NCBI RefSeq assembly: GCF_006345805.1
Contig: NC_043003.1
Location: 62,000,001-62,064,000, forward strand
Direction of reading: 5' to 3'
Length of the DNA stretch: 64,000 bases
Origin: Octopus sinensis
Lineage: Eukaryota
Positions 1 through 14,940 of this stretch are shown here, in pieces (the first letter of the stretch is position 1; each line of letters starts with the position of its first letter). The position numbers and the translations under genes were made by a program. A model generated the notes under the pieces. The model saw nothing but the letters and a program-made list of their open reading frames with translations, was not told the origin of the DNA and did not search any database.

Positions 1-55
1 CTAACTGTTCATCTATTCCTAGTTTCTGCATTGCCCACCAGATAAGGGGGCAGGG

Positions 56-206
56 GACCCTGTCAAAGGCTTTCTCCATGTTGACAAAAGGCAGAAACAG
101 AGGTCTACTTTTGGCCAAGTATTTATCCTGCAGTTGCCTCACCAGGAAGATAGCATTGGTGGAGCTTCTCCCTAGCACAAATCCAAACTGTATCTTATTT
201 ATACTA
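56..206 (-). mobile_element. RTE-clade LINE reverse transcriptase fragment
   Basis: Minus strand reads INKIQFGFVLGRSSTNAIFLVRQLQDKYLAKSRPLFLPFVNMEKAFDRVP (QFGF..GRST.DAIF / D.EKAFD motifs). Confidence 0.85.
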
Positions 207-2809
207 ACTGCAACAATAAATAAAATCATGAAAACCTGGCATTACATAATGGTCTTTCCATAGCATCATAGCATCTGTTTATCTATAATCTTTCAATGTG
301 AATATTTTTTTTTGAACTGAATAATAATAGAAAGAAAGAAAAATTGAAGAAATAGAACTATATAGACTATGTACAATGTCTTTGCTCCATCATTGAATAT
401 GTTTTAGGAATATTGTATTTGAAATTCACATATCATCAATTTGAAAAGTTTGTTGTCATTGCACTCATTGCAATTTTTTAATGTTATACTTTTTCATATT
501 GTTATGGGTTGGATGAGTCTATATTATGTAAAATCATCACTTCTGATCCTGGGTTATTTCATCAGTGTCACCAGGGATTTCACTTCATCCTCATGTGTCC
601 GTACTCTGACAATCATTTCTTCTGCATTCAGCAGTTAATGTTTCTAAGGTCCAGTCACTATTTCAGCTGACTTGTGCTCTGCCTTTCATGCAAGTTAATA
701 TTACACATCTTGCTAGCTATATTCAAATTATTTATATATTTGTAAAACTTTCACATTTGATGTCCATAGCTTACTACCAGTGTAATCTTACATTACTTAC
801 ACAAAAACAGAAAGCCCTATGTTTAACTTCTCTCACCTCTGCGTTGCCCTAGCTACTATACTTCACAACAACACTCATATTACTAACTAGGTCATCTTCA
901 TAACTGAAATGATCTACAAGATCTAGCAATTCTTTGACAAATTCCTAATGCTAATTATGCTCGTGTATTTAAGGCAGTCAGTTAGAGTTCTCATTGCATC
1001 TTGTATACATTAATGCTTTTCATTAAGTCCATTTCCTTATGTAGATGAGCTTCAAAAGGATATGCATGCAACAGAAATATATCAATATCTTGCCAAAGTA
1101 ATAGATTACTAATCAGAACTAGCGGATGTATCATACATGAAGATAGAAGACAAGAAACACTAAAGTGCTTAGATATCTAGCATAGAGAGAAAAACTTAAC
1201 ATTCATGGAAAATCCTCGCTTGCACCATGTACAGCAATATTTTAAAAGGTTATTTGCATTATCATTCTTAATACACTACACAGGTTCAAATGCAAAATAT
1301 GCTGTTCACTTTTTTGTACATCATAGAAGAATATTTTCCATTTATGACAACAGTGTGCTCATAACACAACTGGCTCTTTATGGTACAGTATTCTGGGATA
1401 CCAGTATTTTGATGTGTTATGTCTTATCAGCCCGAGGCACCCAAGCATCTCAGAATCCCATGTGACAATGAACAGAATATGTTATGAACACATTGTTGTC
1501 ATAAAAGCGAGATGTTGTTATTATATGGTGTACACTACAGCCACCACCATATTTTGCATTTGAACCTGCCTGGACTGATCAAGAATGAATATGCAAATAC
1601 TCATTTAATATTCTTGAATACAATAAAAAGAATACTAACTTGTTGCAATGATATGAGATACAGCTAAGCAAACTCATCTGTTCAAGATATCATGGCTTTT
1701 AAAAGTTTATATGAAAGCTTTTAGAAATTTAGAAATATAAAATACTTGAGTGCTCAAATAGCAGAAACGAGTATTGCTCACATTTTGCCTTAGTTTGTTA
1801 AAGGCTAATGTCCATGGGTTAAGCTACAGGATTATGATGTTTTGCAGTTAATACTCATGTCAGTTATGCACCATGTCCAGATTATTTGATTATTTCATTT
1901 AAAAAATTGAGAAATCATTTCCAAAATCTTCTTTTATGAACAATTTTTAAATGATCAGATAATTAAAATTAATTTCCATTTTAAGGTGATGTCAAACTGG
2001 CTGATTATATGAGTTATTTTCTAAGTTATGAATCAATAAATTTCATCTTATAGATGTTGTATGATCCTTGGATATGGCATTTGACTTAGTATTGTTGTTC
2101 TTTTTTTAAAGATATTCTTAGTTGTAAGAACTTCCCTTCTTTCATTTATGCAATCACTGTTCTAGTTTTCATACTATATACTGTATTCAAGTTGGTTGTG
2201 ACAATATTATAAATAAATAACATGCACTACAATACTATAAATAAATAACATGCACTACACCTGCCTCTCTCTTCCTCATACACTCCTGCAGCCTACCCAA
2301 CTACATGTCATCTCTCTCATGCTTCTCTTGGTTACTGTTTCATCATTTCTATTCTGCTTCTCTCCCCAGCTTTTTCTTCACTGTCAGTCATATCCTATTT
2401 CTCCCACCTTCCCCAACTCTAGCATTATTGGTCATCCTCACCCCTTGTCCACCTTTCTCTACATCTACCCTTCAATACTACCCAATCTTTATATTTGTTG
2501 CCCACCTCCAACACCTGTTCTCCCTTCTCTTACTCTCCCATTCACTCTTGCAATTTCCACCCACTCACCCAACCACACTCCTGGTCCCTCTGTCCCACTC
2601 ACTTCTATTTTCCTTGTACCTTGAAGCTCTATCTAGACACCTCATCCCACTATTTTTATCTCTTTTGAGCTTCACCTGATCACTCTTCTAAAATGTGAGT
2701 TGTACTGTACAGCAAGAAATCTGTTCTGCCCTTGTCCCTCCTTTCATACTTTAACCTATCTCCTAGCATAAAACCATTCTCTCAGAGTTGATAGTTTTAT
2801 TAGTTGTGA

Positions 2810-3006
2810 GCCAACAGTGTTGGTAGCATGAAAACGAAAAAGCATCCAGTACAAACTGTAAAGTGTTTGGCATTAGGAAGTGTATCTAGCCATAGAAACT
2901 ATGCCCAAATAGACACTGGTACATGATGCACTTCTTGGACTCATCAGATTCTGTCAAACTGTCCTACTAATGCCAGCATGGAACTTGGATTCTAACAGAT
3001 GATGAT
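2810..3006 (+). mobile_element. Degenerate RTE 3'-end / SINE-like repeat with (GAT)n tail
   Basis: ggcattaggaag...tagccatagaaac...tgccagcatggaa...gatgatgat, same motif series as the copies at 16190, 55380 and 58182. Confidence 0.6.
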
Positions 3007-3687
3007 ATATATATTATCTTTTAGACTGGAGGGAATGTAGTGCATATGTCTATTATAGGAACTCTGAATCTGGTGAGAGGGAAGGAATAATATATCAGCA
3101 AACCAAAGACATAGCCTGAATGCTTGCAACAGAATGAACCCAAGATGCTAGTGGGTGGCGTTAAACCAGGCAACTGGTTAAATCTACCACTCAATCAGCC
3201 ACAGCGGGATTTGAGCTCACTGTGCAAAGATACAGATCACATATTTGCAAAGCATCTGATATTCTTACACTTCCACCAACCCACTACCTTTTTTAATGAT
3301 CCTGGATAGCAAAGTTGACATATTGAGATTTGAAATCAGATTGGAGAGTATTGGAACAAACAGTGCAAAGTACTCTCTCCAATGTTGTAATGATCTCCTC
3401 TTCACTACCTTATATCAATGTAAATGTGTAGATTCATTTCTGTCTGTATTTTATCACATTTGTGCTCTTCAAAACTTGCTTGCTTTGGCTGACAGTGTTA
3501 TCACTTCTGCAGTCAGAAAATTATCCACTCCCTTCATGTTTTCAAAGACATGTGACATAAGAGGTCCTTTACATGATAAGCAGGTAATGGTTAGTGACAG
3601 GAAGAGCATCAAGCTGTAAAATAATACCTCAATAATATATACATTTAACCCATATTAACAGAAAAATGAACATAAAATGAATGAAGA

Positions 3688-3707
3688 TTCAATCAATCAA
3701 TCAATCA

Positions 3708-3741
<34 letters not shown>

Positions 3742-3975
3742 TCAGGAAGGCTAGTTTGTGGTATTACCTTAGATTTCCCATCAATAAAGGGTTTAGCTCT
3801 ATGGCATGTCGTCAGATCCCAAAAACCTGTTGGCCCATGACCTCTTAAAAATATGGAGGGGAAAATGTGGACAGGAAAGCTGAGGTAATCCTGTAAACTA
3901 GCCTTCCCCATTTTTAATATATACTGTTCTACATCTTAGAGTATGCTTCTTTCAGATTTATGTTTTTTACAAACG

Positions 3976-4007
<32 letters not shown>

Positions 4008-4037
4008 TATATATATATTATATATATATATATATAT

Positions 4038-4082
<45 letters not shown>

Positions 4083-4111
4083 AAGAAATAGAGAGTGAAA
4101 GAGAGTGAGAG
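3688..4111. repeat. Microsatellite block (TCAA)n, (TA)n, (GA)n with an embedded fold-back element
   Basis: Directly visible simple repeats. Confidence 0.9.
3731..3921. mobile_element. Fold-back/MITE-like element in (TA)n
   Basis: About 48-bp imperfect inverted termini: tatattaaaaatcaggaaggctagtttgtggtattacctt / gaggtaatcctgtaaactagccttccccatttttaatata. Confidence 0.7.
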
Positions 4112-4318
4112 AGAAATGACTTTATAGCTAGGGTTATAAACCTTGATACAACTTCATGAATATTTTTTTTTCCTAATAGTTTTCATTATTGGGTTTTATC
4201 AAATTAAAGTTGTAATTAGACCAAATATACAATTGTATTAATTTATGTATCGGCAAAGAAAAGAAAACGTATGTAATTGAAAATGAGAAATCTACAGGTG
4301 GTTAAAATGTTGCTGTAG

Positions 4319-4560
4319 CACACACACACACACACATACACACGCAAGTGTATGCGTATGTGTGTGTGTACTACAACAATATTCTAATCACCTGTAGATC
4401 TCCCTTTTTTATGATGTGTATCATATATATATACATATACATATATAATATATATATATATACATACATATACATATATAATATATATATATATATATAC
4501 ATACATACATATACATATAATATATATATATATATATACACATACATACACATATATAAT

Positions 4561-4591
<31 letters not shown>

Positions 4592-4695
4592 TATATATAT
4601 AATATATATATATAAATGTATCTGTGTGTAATTGTATTTATATGAATGCATATACATGTGCGTGTGTGTATTTATGAATGTATGTGTGTGTGCAT
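4319..4695. repeat. (CA)n/(TA)n/(TG)n microsatellite block
   Basis: Directly visible; source of spurious IYIY ORFs. Confidence 0.95.
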
Positions 4696-5099
4696 TGTGA
4701 TAGTGGTTATTGTTATATAAAAATCCAAAGTTTTGTTCAATACAGTTAGTAGTGTATCTTTTGAAAACCAAGTAATGAAAGCAATGGTTGTGTTGCAGTC
4801 TTATTAGATTGTACCAGTGAAGCATATTTAGTGCAGGTGGCAAAACTTCAAAGTATGTATAGAAATAAAATGAAATTTAGATTCACTTATACTCTTAGAG
4901 TTTTTTTTATATTTTAACTATTCTTGAGAGATATTGTATCTTATGATTGCAAAGATAATCCTAGATAATAAAATTTTCTCAACTCACTATTTTATATATC
5001 TTAGACTCCACAACTGCATGTTTATTTGGCATGTCCCCTGCTTTTTTCTCTCTCTATGCATGTGTGTGTGTGTGTGTTTGTGTGTGTGTATATACATAC

Positions 5100-5147
<48 letters not shown>

Positions 5148-6235
5148 ACAGAGAGAGAGAGAGAGATTGAGAAAGAAAAGGAGAGAGATACTGATTACTT
5201 TTGTCTTGCCAACTGCCTTGAATATGTTTTACTGATGAGATTTTATCATCAAAATATGACCATGGCTCTTACTAGTTAGTTTTAAATGGAACATCATCGC
5301 CAAATAGCATTTCTTAATGGATTGTGTCAGCTTAATTTCGTGTCACACTTCTTTTAGAAGCACAGTGTGACACTTCTCTAAGAAATATACTTGTATTTCA
5401 ACTTCCCCTGTTAGGAACATGACAGATACAGTGAGATTCCTTGTAACTGTCTCACAGTTTTTGATGATCCCTTATGGCCATGCCACATATCACAAAATGA
5501 AAGATTTCCCATAATCACCATGAAATACTTCAATATTGTTTAATTGCTAATCTCCTATATAACCAGTGAAATTTACACTATAGCTCTGCTCACATGCTTG
5601 GAATGCTGTTGCTGCTGTTACATGCACAAACACTGTAGTCAGTATCCTGCCCCCCAACTCCACCCAAAGAACCATTTTTATGACTGGAAAAACTCAGTGA
5701 CCAATATGTTTCACACAAGCCTGCAGACATACTTTTTCATTTATTTGTCTTGTTTTCCTTTATTGCTACTACAGTGGTGTTTTCTTCTCTAAACCAGATA
5801 GTTATCTAAACTAGATAACTGGATACCCTCTCTATACAGACTTATTTGTCTTATGCCTCTCTCTTATATATTTTTATACACACATATACACATGTATGTG
5901 TGTGTAAATATAGATGTATTATTTTGTTTTGATTTTAAAATAGAACAATAATAATAAATGTGTTAGTTGTAAATATCTTGTGGTTAGATGCAATTTTTCA
6001 GTTTTAATGTTAATCTACTTTTGAAATATTTTCAGTTCTATTAATGATTATGCCTTTCCTCCTCACATTAACTAAACTATAATTTAACATCTTAACATCT
6101 AATTTCTAATGGAAATATCTACATTTTTGGTGAACTTTGCCGTTTCATTTTTGAAATAATTGTTTAACTTAATTATTTCTATTTTGATATATTATTGAAT
6201 ACAATTCTTTATTACAACACACATTTCTATTGCAG

Positions 6236-6344
6236 GGATATCTACTATCAGAATGTTAACTGCTTTAAGACACAATCTGTTCTTGACACTTTACTTAACA
6301 ATATATCCCACTTACTGGAAGTGCCTCGTTGGGATCTACATGTT
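6236..6344 (+). CDS. SPO11: SPO11 internal exon (equivalent to vertebrate exon 5), winged-helix domain with catalytic tyrosine
   Basis: Acceptor tttctattgcag|, donor |gtaagt, 109 nt. Translates (R)DIYYQNVNCFKTQSVLDTLLNNISHLLEVPRWDLHV, matching SPO11 RDIYY...F..Q..VD..I.DIS..L.V.R..LHI. YY codons at 6243-6248. Confidence 0.96.
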
Positions 6345-9300
6345 GTAAGTTACATTTGTTATTTGTAATGACAATTTTCATGTAATGTTAATTGGGATAT
6401 TGCAAACTTATTCCATACTCAAAAAAGGCTCTCATAAAAGTGTCTATGTAAAGTAACTAGACATTTTCAAAAACATTCAACTCTTTCATGACTGTATTTT
6501 TTAAACTTTTAGTTAATTTAGATAATAACAAAAAATTTAAAAGGCTTTAGTAAAAAGCTTGTTGCTGTTCAGAGCATAACAAAGGAATGTTATCTTAAGT
6601 TCTGATGGAAGATTTTAAGCTAAATGTGACTAATTTAAAATGGGTTTTGTATCAAATAATTAGGTTGGCATCAAAGAGATAGAAGTTTGATCTATACAGT
6701 AACCCTTAATTATAAAATATTAGTATTTATTTTGTAAAAATTCAGTTTTAATTGAAATTATCATTCTGAAGTCTTTTCCATAGATTGTAGTGCAGTTCGT
6801 TTGCTTCTATTCTTAATACTTATTTCTCTTCATCAACACTTATATTCACTTTTTGTTATCTTATGAGTAAATAAGGTTAAGCTCTTTTTGTAAGAAGCAT
6901 TTTAGACACCTGTTAGCAAGTACTTATGTATTTGTAAATTTGTCAGTGTGATGCAGGTTAATCATTAATTAATGTGTGTTTTCTTAAAACACAGTCTAGA
7001 CCATGAGTAAACTTTGCTAAGCTGTATCTCAGCATTACAAAGAGTGAGAAAATATATATTTTCAGAAGTTGTCTATCCATCTACAAACATTGTTTAGAGT
7101 ATCATTGTAAACAGACATTTACAAAATCTGCTTCCCTTAAGCCGCCATTCATAGAATTATGCTCATCATGGTTTATCTTTAGTAAATAGATAAGAACTGA
7201 TATATTACTTTCTTTGTTTCTACTTACTAATGGTGATTAACCTATTATTTCATGTCTGCTTGTGCTTTCAAACCATACATTTTTCTTCATAACAACTGAC
7301 AACTGAAAATAATAATTTTAACACTTAGTTGTTTTCAGTTATTATACCAATAAATCTTCCCTGCTTTTTTTTGTTAACATTAACAAACATTGTATTCAGT
7401 TAGAATCTTATGTAATCCCATACAGAAAATGAACTTTAATCTTTAGTTTAATATAGAAAGAATATATAGTTTGAGACAATATTTAATGTCTTTTTATACA
7501 AAGTCATATTTTTTATGGATCTTAGATAGTTATTTTGTTACCCATTAATAATTTAGACACCTCAGAGTTTTGACAAAGAAAGTGGGTGTTCTTGACATGA
7601 TGTCACTTCCTCCTGACACTTCTTGTCTTTCCTAGCTCTTAGTCCTCATCTCCCTGCTATTCTCCATACCATGTTAGCCCTCAAAGAGGAATTTAGGTCA
7701 ATATCGTTGATATTCAGATATTTTTGTATGCCAATGTTTTAGGAAAAATTGTTAGGGTGCAGTTAGAGAAAGTATTGGGAAAGTGTTTAGCATGAGAGTT
7801 CTGTGAGGTGCTATTAAACAATATGCATAACAAGGAAAAGAGAGGTGAGATAATCATGTGTCTGAGTGAGGTTAGTGTACAATTGGAATATGAGTAACAA
7901 TGTATGGTTTATCTTAGATCTGTATTAAGTATCTGATAGATTTTACAAGAATAAATCAATAATAAATCAGCTGTTCTGCATTTTGAGATACACTTTTTAA
8001 TTTTGAGTTTGCACTTTTATTTTCTAGCTTTTATAAAATTTGCCTTCATTGCCACTTTTTCTAAGTCATATGATTAAACAGATTAGTTCCAACATTCGTA
8101 CTATCATGTTTAATAGATGTGTTAGCTTATGAACTACTACTATTTAGTAACCAACAATGAAGGAACTTTTGTATGGTTGCTTGACAGAGTCATATTTCTT
8201 TCAAATTACATGCTATTCTTTTAAAAATGGGAAGTCTCACTGGATTGTCCAGAGTCATAACTGGAATTTCTTTTATCATAAATCTACTCAGTCAGGTCAA
8301 ACATGCTGTAAATAACAAACTAATGGCTATAACATTCCTTCTCTTAGAAGTGGCACAGATACCTTTTAATCATGGCTATCTCAGATCATCTGTTTTTAAT
8401 AAGGCACTTGAGCTTTTAATATTTATTTCGTAAATCACATTTATCTCATCATTTTTAGATGTATTCTAAATTTTGTAGTTTTACTACTGGTTTAATTTTT
8501 TTCAGTCTGCTACACTTCAAATAATTTTAGCATTAAAAAGTATATAAAATTTTTATATGAAAATAAATTCTTTAACATCATACAGAGATGCATTTTCTCA
8601 ATAAATTCTTTTTAATAATTTACTTTTAAATTTCTAATAAATGTCCAATATTAGAGATATGCCCGTTTGTTTGAGTATAAAAAATTTTCATATTAAAATC
8701 ATGACTGAAATTGTTTTTGTTATTTTTTATCAGTGTTTCTTAAAATGATAATATGAAAAACCTTAAATAAACAAAGTTGCACTTATATTTAAATGATTAT
8801 AATTAACTGCTTTCTTAATAATTTGAAGTTTTGAGAAATGAATCTATATTTCATTATGAATTTTAAATAAATGGAAAATTTGTTGCAGATTTGTTGAACC
8901 ATAGGTGGCATCAAAATTTTGATGTTATATATGGTTCAAGAAACCTAGATCTAATTTAATACATATGATTAAAGATTTTACATCAAATTAAAAAATATTA
9001 ACTAGACTCAGCCACTGAATTTTAGTTTGTATATTTGATATATTTTTATATTGGTGAAACATTTTATGCAACATGCATATTTTTAATATATTCTTTTATA
9101 AAGGAGTATAAGGAATAAATTTCTATCAATTGAAATACTAAATTAAAAAGGACAAATTTCCATAAGTAACATATTCTTATATTTTTTATTTGACAATTTG
9201 CATTTTGTTATTTTTCTCATGAAAAATATCAGATATTACTTTAATGCTGTTAAAGGCAACAACAATTTCCTATTATGAATCACCACTTGTTATGTTCTTT

Positions 9301-10233
9301 GCAGTTTCAATTACTTGGAAAATCAATAAATGACATCGAATCAAAATTAGTTATCTTGAAAGGTTTCAAATAAAAAGATTACTTTGAAAGATCCCCACTG
9401 TGAATTTGTCACATAATTTACATGACAAATGATTGCTGTGAAAGAAAAACCTTAATGAAAAGATAATTTAAATACTGAATAAATATGCTAACAAATCTGT
9501 CTTCAAATCAAGATTAGTAAGATTAATCATTTTAGTGATATAAAATCATGAAACATTTATTTCTGCATAAAATTTTTTCTAAAATATAATTATGATATCA
9601 TATATTTTGAACTAACTATATTACAATATATATTGTTCTGCATATATAGTTCATTTTAATAAATATGTCTAAATATTAATTTATGATAGAATAGTGTTTA
9701 TTATATGCAGGGAAATATTTCTAGCTACGGTATCTAAATAGAATATATAAAGTGTGTTATTAATATTTTAAACAATCAAACTTTTGTTAAAAACAGCAAT
9801 TTAAAAAACATTATCTTTCATCAAGGTCAAAGAAATGTAATTATCCTGTGAATCTATTAGATCCTAACAAAATATTAATTTCTTACTAAGGCATGAGACA
9901 TGAAGCCTACTTTTGTTGGAGACAGCCAATTAAAATTTTCCAAGTATATTTTATTAACATTGAAAAGATCAAAAGTTAACATGGGTAGAATTTGATGTAC
10001 AGAGAAAAAAGTAGTAGGAATTGATCAAAATATAATTTCTTGAAAAAGGTTACCTCACACTTTTATGGACCCAAGTAATAACTACAAGTGAATTCTTTCC
10101 AGATGCTTGTGTTTTTATATAGGAAATTAAAATCAGTGGTAAAAATCATATTCATATACAAGGTTACCAAATATATTGATAAATCTTTTAATGCAATTTT
10201 AAAAACTTTTCTTCATATGATAGATTAAGGAAA

Positions 10234-10420
10234 ACTGACAGAAATGTTAGCACACTGGGCAAAATGCTTAATGGCATTTCATTTGTCTTCATGTTGTGAG
10301 TTCAAATTCCACCAAAGTCAGTTTTGCCTTTCATCATTTTGAGGTCAATGAAATAAGTATCAGCTAAACACTGGGGTCAATGTAATCGACTACCCACTCC
10401 CTCCAAAGTTGTTGGCCTGT
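10234..10420 (+). mobile_element. tRNA-derived SINE (family B, Nin/Deu-like central domain)
   Basis: B-box-like gagttcaaattcc followed by gcctttcatcattttgaggtcaatgaaataagta...ctggggtcaatgtaatcgact. Inverted copy at 32765-32965. Confidence 0.7.
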
Positions 10421-10917
10421 ACATATAATAAAGGATTAAAACTTTTCATGAGATTTATTTCCCTTTCTTTTTTTTAGTCTGGCCATATAATTATAATCAT
10501 TATTTACATAATATCTGTAAGATTTTACCAGTTTGTTCTGAATATCTTATAAAGTTAGTCATGTCGTTTCTGAAACATTGGGAACTTGTAAAAAATGTAT
10601 ACTATTATCAGAATTCCATGTCTTTTAATTGTCTGTTGAAGAAATTACATTCATTAAGTAGGGTAATAGTTTTCATTGTCCACTTAAGATCAAATGTTAA
10701 AATCTTTGACTACAATAAAAAGTTGCCTTGAGATTTGTTTGCAAGCTGTTAAAATGTATTTTAGAACTGATTTTCATTACTACATTATTTTCATTGTTTT
10801 ATTACAATTGCTTTGTAAATATCATGAGTTGTCAACAGCCATACACACACACATACACACGCACACACATTCTCTTTTATCAGTTGACATACGCTCTCTC
10901 TCTCTCTCTCTCTCTCC

Positions 10918-10988
<71 letters not shown>

Positions 10989-12749
10989 ATCTCAATGAAA
11001 CACCCAACTTATTTTGAATTGAAGAATATTTCATATTTTGCTGAAACTGGTTTACCAAATCTCTCATATTTTATTGATTTTCAATGTATTCTTTTCCAAG
11101 AATAGTATGTTTTATTAGATACAGTAAGTATGGTAGCTTGTAATAATTGCTGTAATCAAATAGCGGAGTATAGAATAATTTTATTCTTCTTTTTGTTGTC
11201 ATTGACAATTTCTTTTTTTTAATTTTTAATAAATCTAATAGTTGCATAGCCAATTATAAGTTTCCTTGAATATAGTTAACTTTTGGTGTATACTCTTCAT
11301 GAAGAGATGGATAAATCTACAGGCTATTACATTTTATTACATACATGTGCTGCAAAAGCTAATAAGGCTAATAACCCATTGATGGATATAGCTATTTAGG
11401 AAGTTGATTCTTTATTTAATTTTTCTTCATATAAAAGAATAATAATTGATTAATTTAATTATTCTATGTATACTCTTCACCAGAAGCTGATGTTTACTGC
11501 TTAGAACAAAAAGGATTAAAAATTGTAGCCTTTTGTTAACAAATATATTTTATGCCATAATGAGAAAGTAACTTTGATTTGACTAATTAAATGAGATTTT
11601 AGAGAGATTATATAAGCTATAATAAGGAATGGTTTGAAATAAATCCAAGGCTGTGTTAATAAAAAAATAAATAAATGATAATAGAGAACAAAAACAGGTC
11701 ATTTTTATTGCAGTGATAAATAATGAATTCGGTGATATTAGGTGATGGTGAATGTTGTAAAAATGAAAAAAAGAAATGGATAATGTCGAATTATTTATTA
11801 AATACTGATCTAAAAGAAATATTGAGCAAAGCACTTCTCTTTTATGGTTAATCGAAATTCTCTTTTATGGTTATTCGAAATTTACTTTAATGCTTTTTCA
11901 ACATTTTCAACATCTCAAAGCTGGAAAGAAGCTATTATTTTGATCTGGTTCGCAAATGAAATATTATTATGAGGAATTATAAAAATGTACGCAGACAGTA
12001 TAAAATATTAATTCTTTAATTAATTTCTTTTTTGGCAAGTAGGTATTATTCATTTTTACTACTCATGATAGTTATATTTCTCAACTAACTGAAATATTTG
12101 GAGAAATTATTTCCAGAATATGGATACCTTAAGCAGTGTTACAAATTTTACTAAAATATAAAATATTACTAATGGCTATAAAAATGAAAAAGAAAAAGAA
12201 GGGGAATTTATAACGTGCATATATTTTCTTAATTCTTTAGGGCAGATTAAAATTTGGGTATCTGATGTTGATGGTTGAATGAATTTATGACAAGGCAAAA
12301 TGTTAACAAGGTAGCTATTTTGAACAGTTCTGAATATCCAAAGTTTATGTAGGAGTTGTTAAGTTGGTGAAAAGTTTGAAGGCACATCTATTTTGAACAT
12401 GAAAAGTTGTCCAAAACTGCTGTATAAAAGAATTAAATACAAAATATTTTTACTTCACACCAATATATCCCTGTTCAAAAGGTTTATAATGCTAGTAAAA
12501 TATTCTGTTTAAAATTTTTAGGTTAAAAATTTGTTATATCATTAACATTTGAATAGTAAAAATTTCAAACCTGTTGTAAATGCCACTAGTTTAGTAGACA
12601 AGTTACAATCCTCATGGTTCCTTACATTATATCACTAAATGTCACATGTTATATTTTTGTATGCAAGCAATTATCATCTTCATTATCACTTTTGCATGTA
12701 ATTTTTTATGCTTTCATGGGTCTTCTCTAGCACAGTGGTCCTTTTAAAA

Positions 12750-14420
12750 TCTTTTGTGAGGTTCAGCTTCTCTTCTGGCATTCTATTCTGTAAGTTCCTT
12801 CCATTTGGATCACATTGCACTTTTTGGCTTGATGGTGTTCCTCCATAAGCATCACATATCAGTATCAGTGCAGTCTTCTCCCTTGCAGGCTACATCTGAA
12901 GCTTTTTACACTCAGTTTTTCTTTCAGCTCATTTGTGTTCTGTTATTCAGTACTTACTGTCATTACTAATCCACTGGAGTATACATATATCAATCTGTTT
13001 CTTGCCAGAACAAATAATAGCTCCCTGAACATTTTTTATGCTGTTCTTACTCTGGCTACTATATTTTTGAAAACTCACCACTTTTAATTGGATCACCTTG
13101 ATACTGGATGCTGTCAACTACAAGGGATTTTGCAACCATTTGAGAGAATTTATTCCATGAGTGCTTTTACTGCTAAGTGCTCCTTTGAATCTGCAACATA
13201 TATCTGCTACATATGAATCTTTATTTTCTCTAAGCCTGTATGAGATCTTGCTGCATATGGGCACTAGTTCATATTTAGTACTCAGTGCATAGTTCTTACT
13301 CCTTTTCTGTATACTGAGCATGGTCACTGCCTTGATGGCAGTAGACTCCTAGATTGTTTTCTTCTAACTAAAACTTTTTATCCTTCTTGGGTTTACTTAT
13401 CGATTCAAGCTAGCCTCTATATCTGGAATTTCTTCTCTTGTTCCTTAACACACTCAGCTATGAGAACTAGCAACCCAGAGTTCCCATGGACAGCTAGTTT
13501 TAAACTCCTTTGGTAGTTAAAGATTGAAGAACTGAACTGTTACAGACAACTACCTGCATGATATCTTCCATGCTGAACTCATTGCTAACTCTTATGTTTC
13601 TAAGAGCATCTCTAATTTGCATGACTCCCACCAGTTTAGTGAACATGGTTCTATGTAAAGGCTTTTTCTGTGTTAAGGAATTCTAGGAATATGACTTCAA
13701 TTTATCTAAGAATTTCTATAGCTGTTTCAATTGGAAAAGGGCATTGGTGGACTCTTGTCCTAGCACAAACCTGAACTGTATCTCATCAATGCTAATTCTT
13801 TTGCTAATTGGCTGTGCTATAACTCTTTCTGTTACTTTTATATCTATTTTTTTCCAGGCTATCTCCATTGCTTTTGCAGCAATTAATGCTGCTTCTATTC
13901 CAGTCATTGAAATAGACACTTTGCTGAACTACCTCATTGATTATACAAATGATTAACGCATTTTCTACTTCACTAGATGTTTCAAGCAACTTGACTTTCC
14001 CTGATGTTCTAACTGTTATCCTTACCTTCATTTCCTTATTTGCATGATATAGCTGGCAGCATTAGTAGTTGTTTCCTCTGTTGCATCTAGTTGGGTAGAC
14101 TCTTTTCTCTCCATGCGTTCATCTAATTCAACATCCTTCACAATAACTTTTCCATGCCTGTTCTTGTCATCACTGAGGGTAAGCACATAGCTATCATTCA
14201 ATGCACAATTCTCTCCAGTGACATGATGATTCCCACATTGCTTTGCAAACCAAAATACTTTATGCCTCTGATACTCTCATTGGTTCTATATATACATGAC
14301 ATCTACCTTCTTTCTTAGTTACTTTATATTGTTACTTGATTAACTCTTCCAATCTTACCAGGTTTTCTTTCAGGTTTTATGGCTCTATCTGTTGTAGTAT
14401 TCCACCTTTGCCACTTTTCA
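12750..14420 (-). mobile_element. Decayed RTE-clade LINE
   Basis: Minus strand ISIDEIQFRFVLGQESTNALFQLKQL..., followed by EKAF-like and WELWV-like RT remnants with stops and frameshifts. Confidence 0.75.
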
Positions 14421-14799
14421 TGTCTGGAAATTTTCTCTGTCTACAGATCTGGTTCACTGAATGTTATTTGTTAGAAAATACCAGTTGTCTTCTAGGTTAT
14501 TAGTCTGTATCTTCTCCCTCTTGTCATATATGTTATTTAGTATTTATTTGAAGTTACACCAAGGGATCTTTCATTTCATACACTCCCACTCTAGATTTTA
14601 TCTTGCATCTATGAGTTTGACTTGTTCTTATCTTGAAATTGCTGATCATTAGTCTATGTTAAGTGGTGCATTATACACTGGGAAAGGATTTAATAGCCAT
14701 AACCTGTTGCCTATCATCTTATAGTGGGTATAAAGTCTATCTGGTTTTCATGTTCATTTGATAGATAGATGACCAAATGGGTAGCTGTTTTCCTGAAGA

Positions 14800-14940
14800 T
14801 CATCATCATCATCATCATCATCATCATTTAATGTCTTTTCCATGCTGGCATGGGTTAAATGGTTTGACAAGAAGCTAGCACCAGGCTCCAATTGTCTGTT
14901 TTGGCTGGATGCCCTTCCTAATGTCAACCACTTTATGGAG
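14800..14940 (-). mobile_element. RTE 3'-end repeat with (ATC)n tail
   Basis: (atc)n-tttaatgtcttttccatgctggcatgggtt...ctggatgcccttcctaatgtcaaccac. Confidence 0.75.

Noticed and set aside
2250-2690. Two overlapping 124-aa ORFs
   Set aside because: Low-complexity C/T-rich tract lacking stops by composition; no recognisable domain.
4180-4268. 89-nt AG...GTATGT segment that could be an upstream SPO11 exon
   Set aside because: Stop codons in all three frames and no SPO11 similarity.
4746-4852. Candidate exon ending in gtatgt
   Set aside because: Stops in all frames from the AG at 4745, and no match to the expected ...TKR exon.
5228-5270. CTGATGA-gat...atc-AAAA hammerhead-like start
   Set aside because: No GAAA and no convincing stems I or III.
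4348-5279. ORFs rich in IY/CV/HT repeats (also near 10.7, 15.3, 27.8, 30.2 and 62.4-63 kb)
   Set aside because: Translations of microsatellites, not proteins.
11836-11882. Short two-copy tandem duplications (also about 2209-2258 and 23622-23652)
   Set aside because: Ordinary slippage duplications with no further structure.
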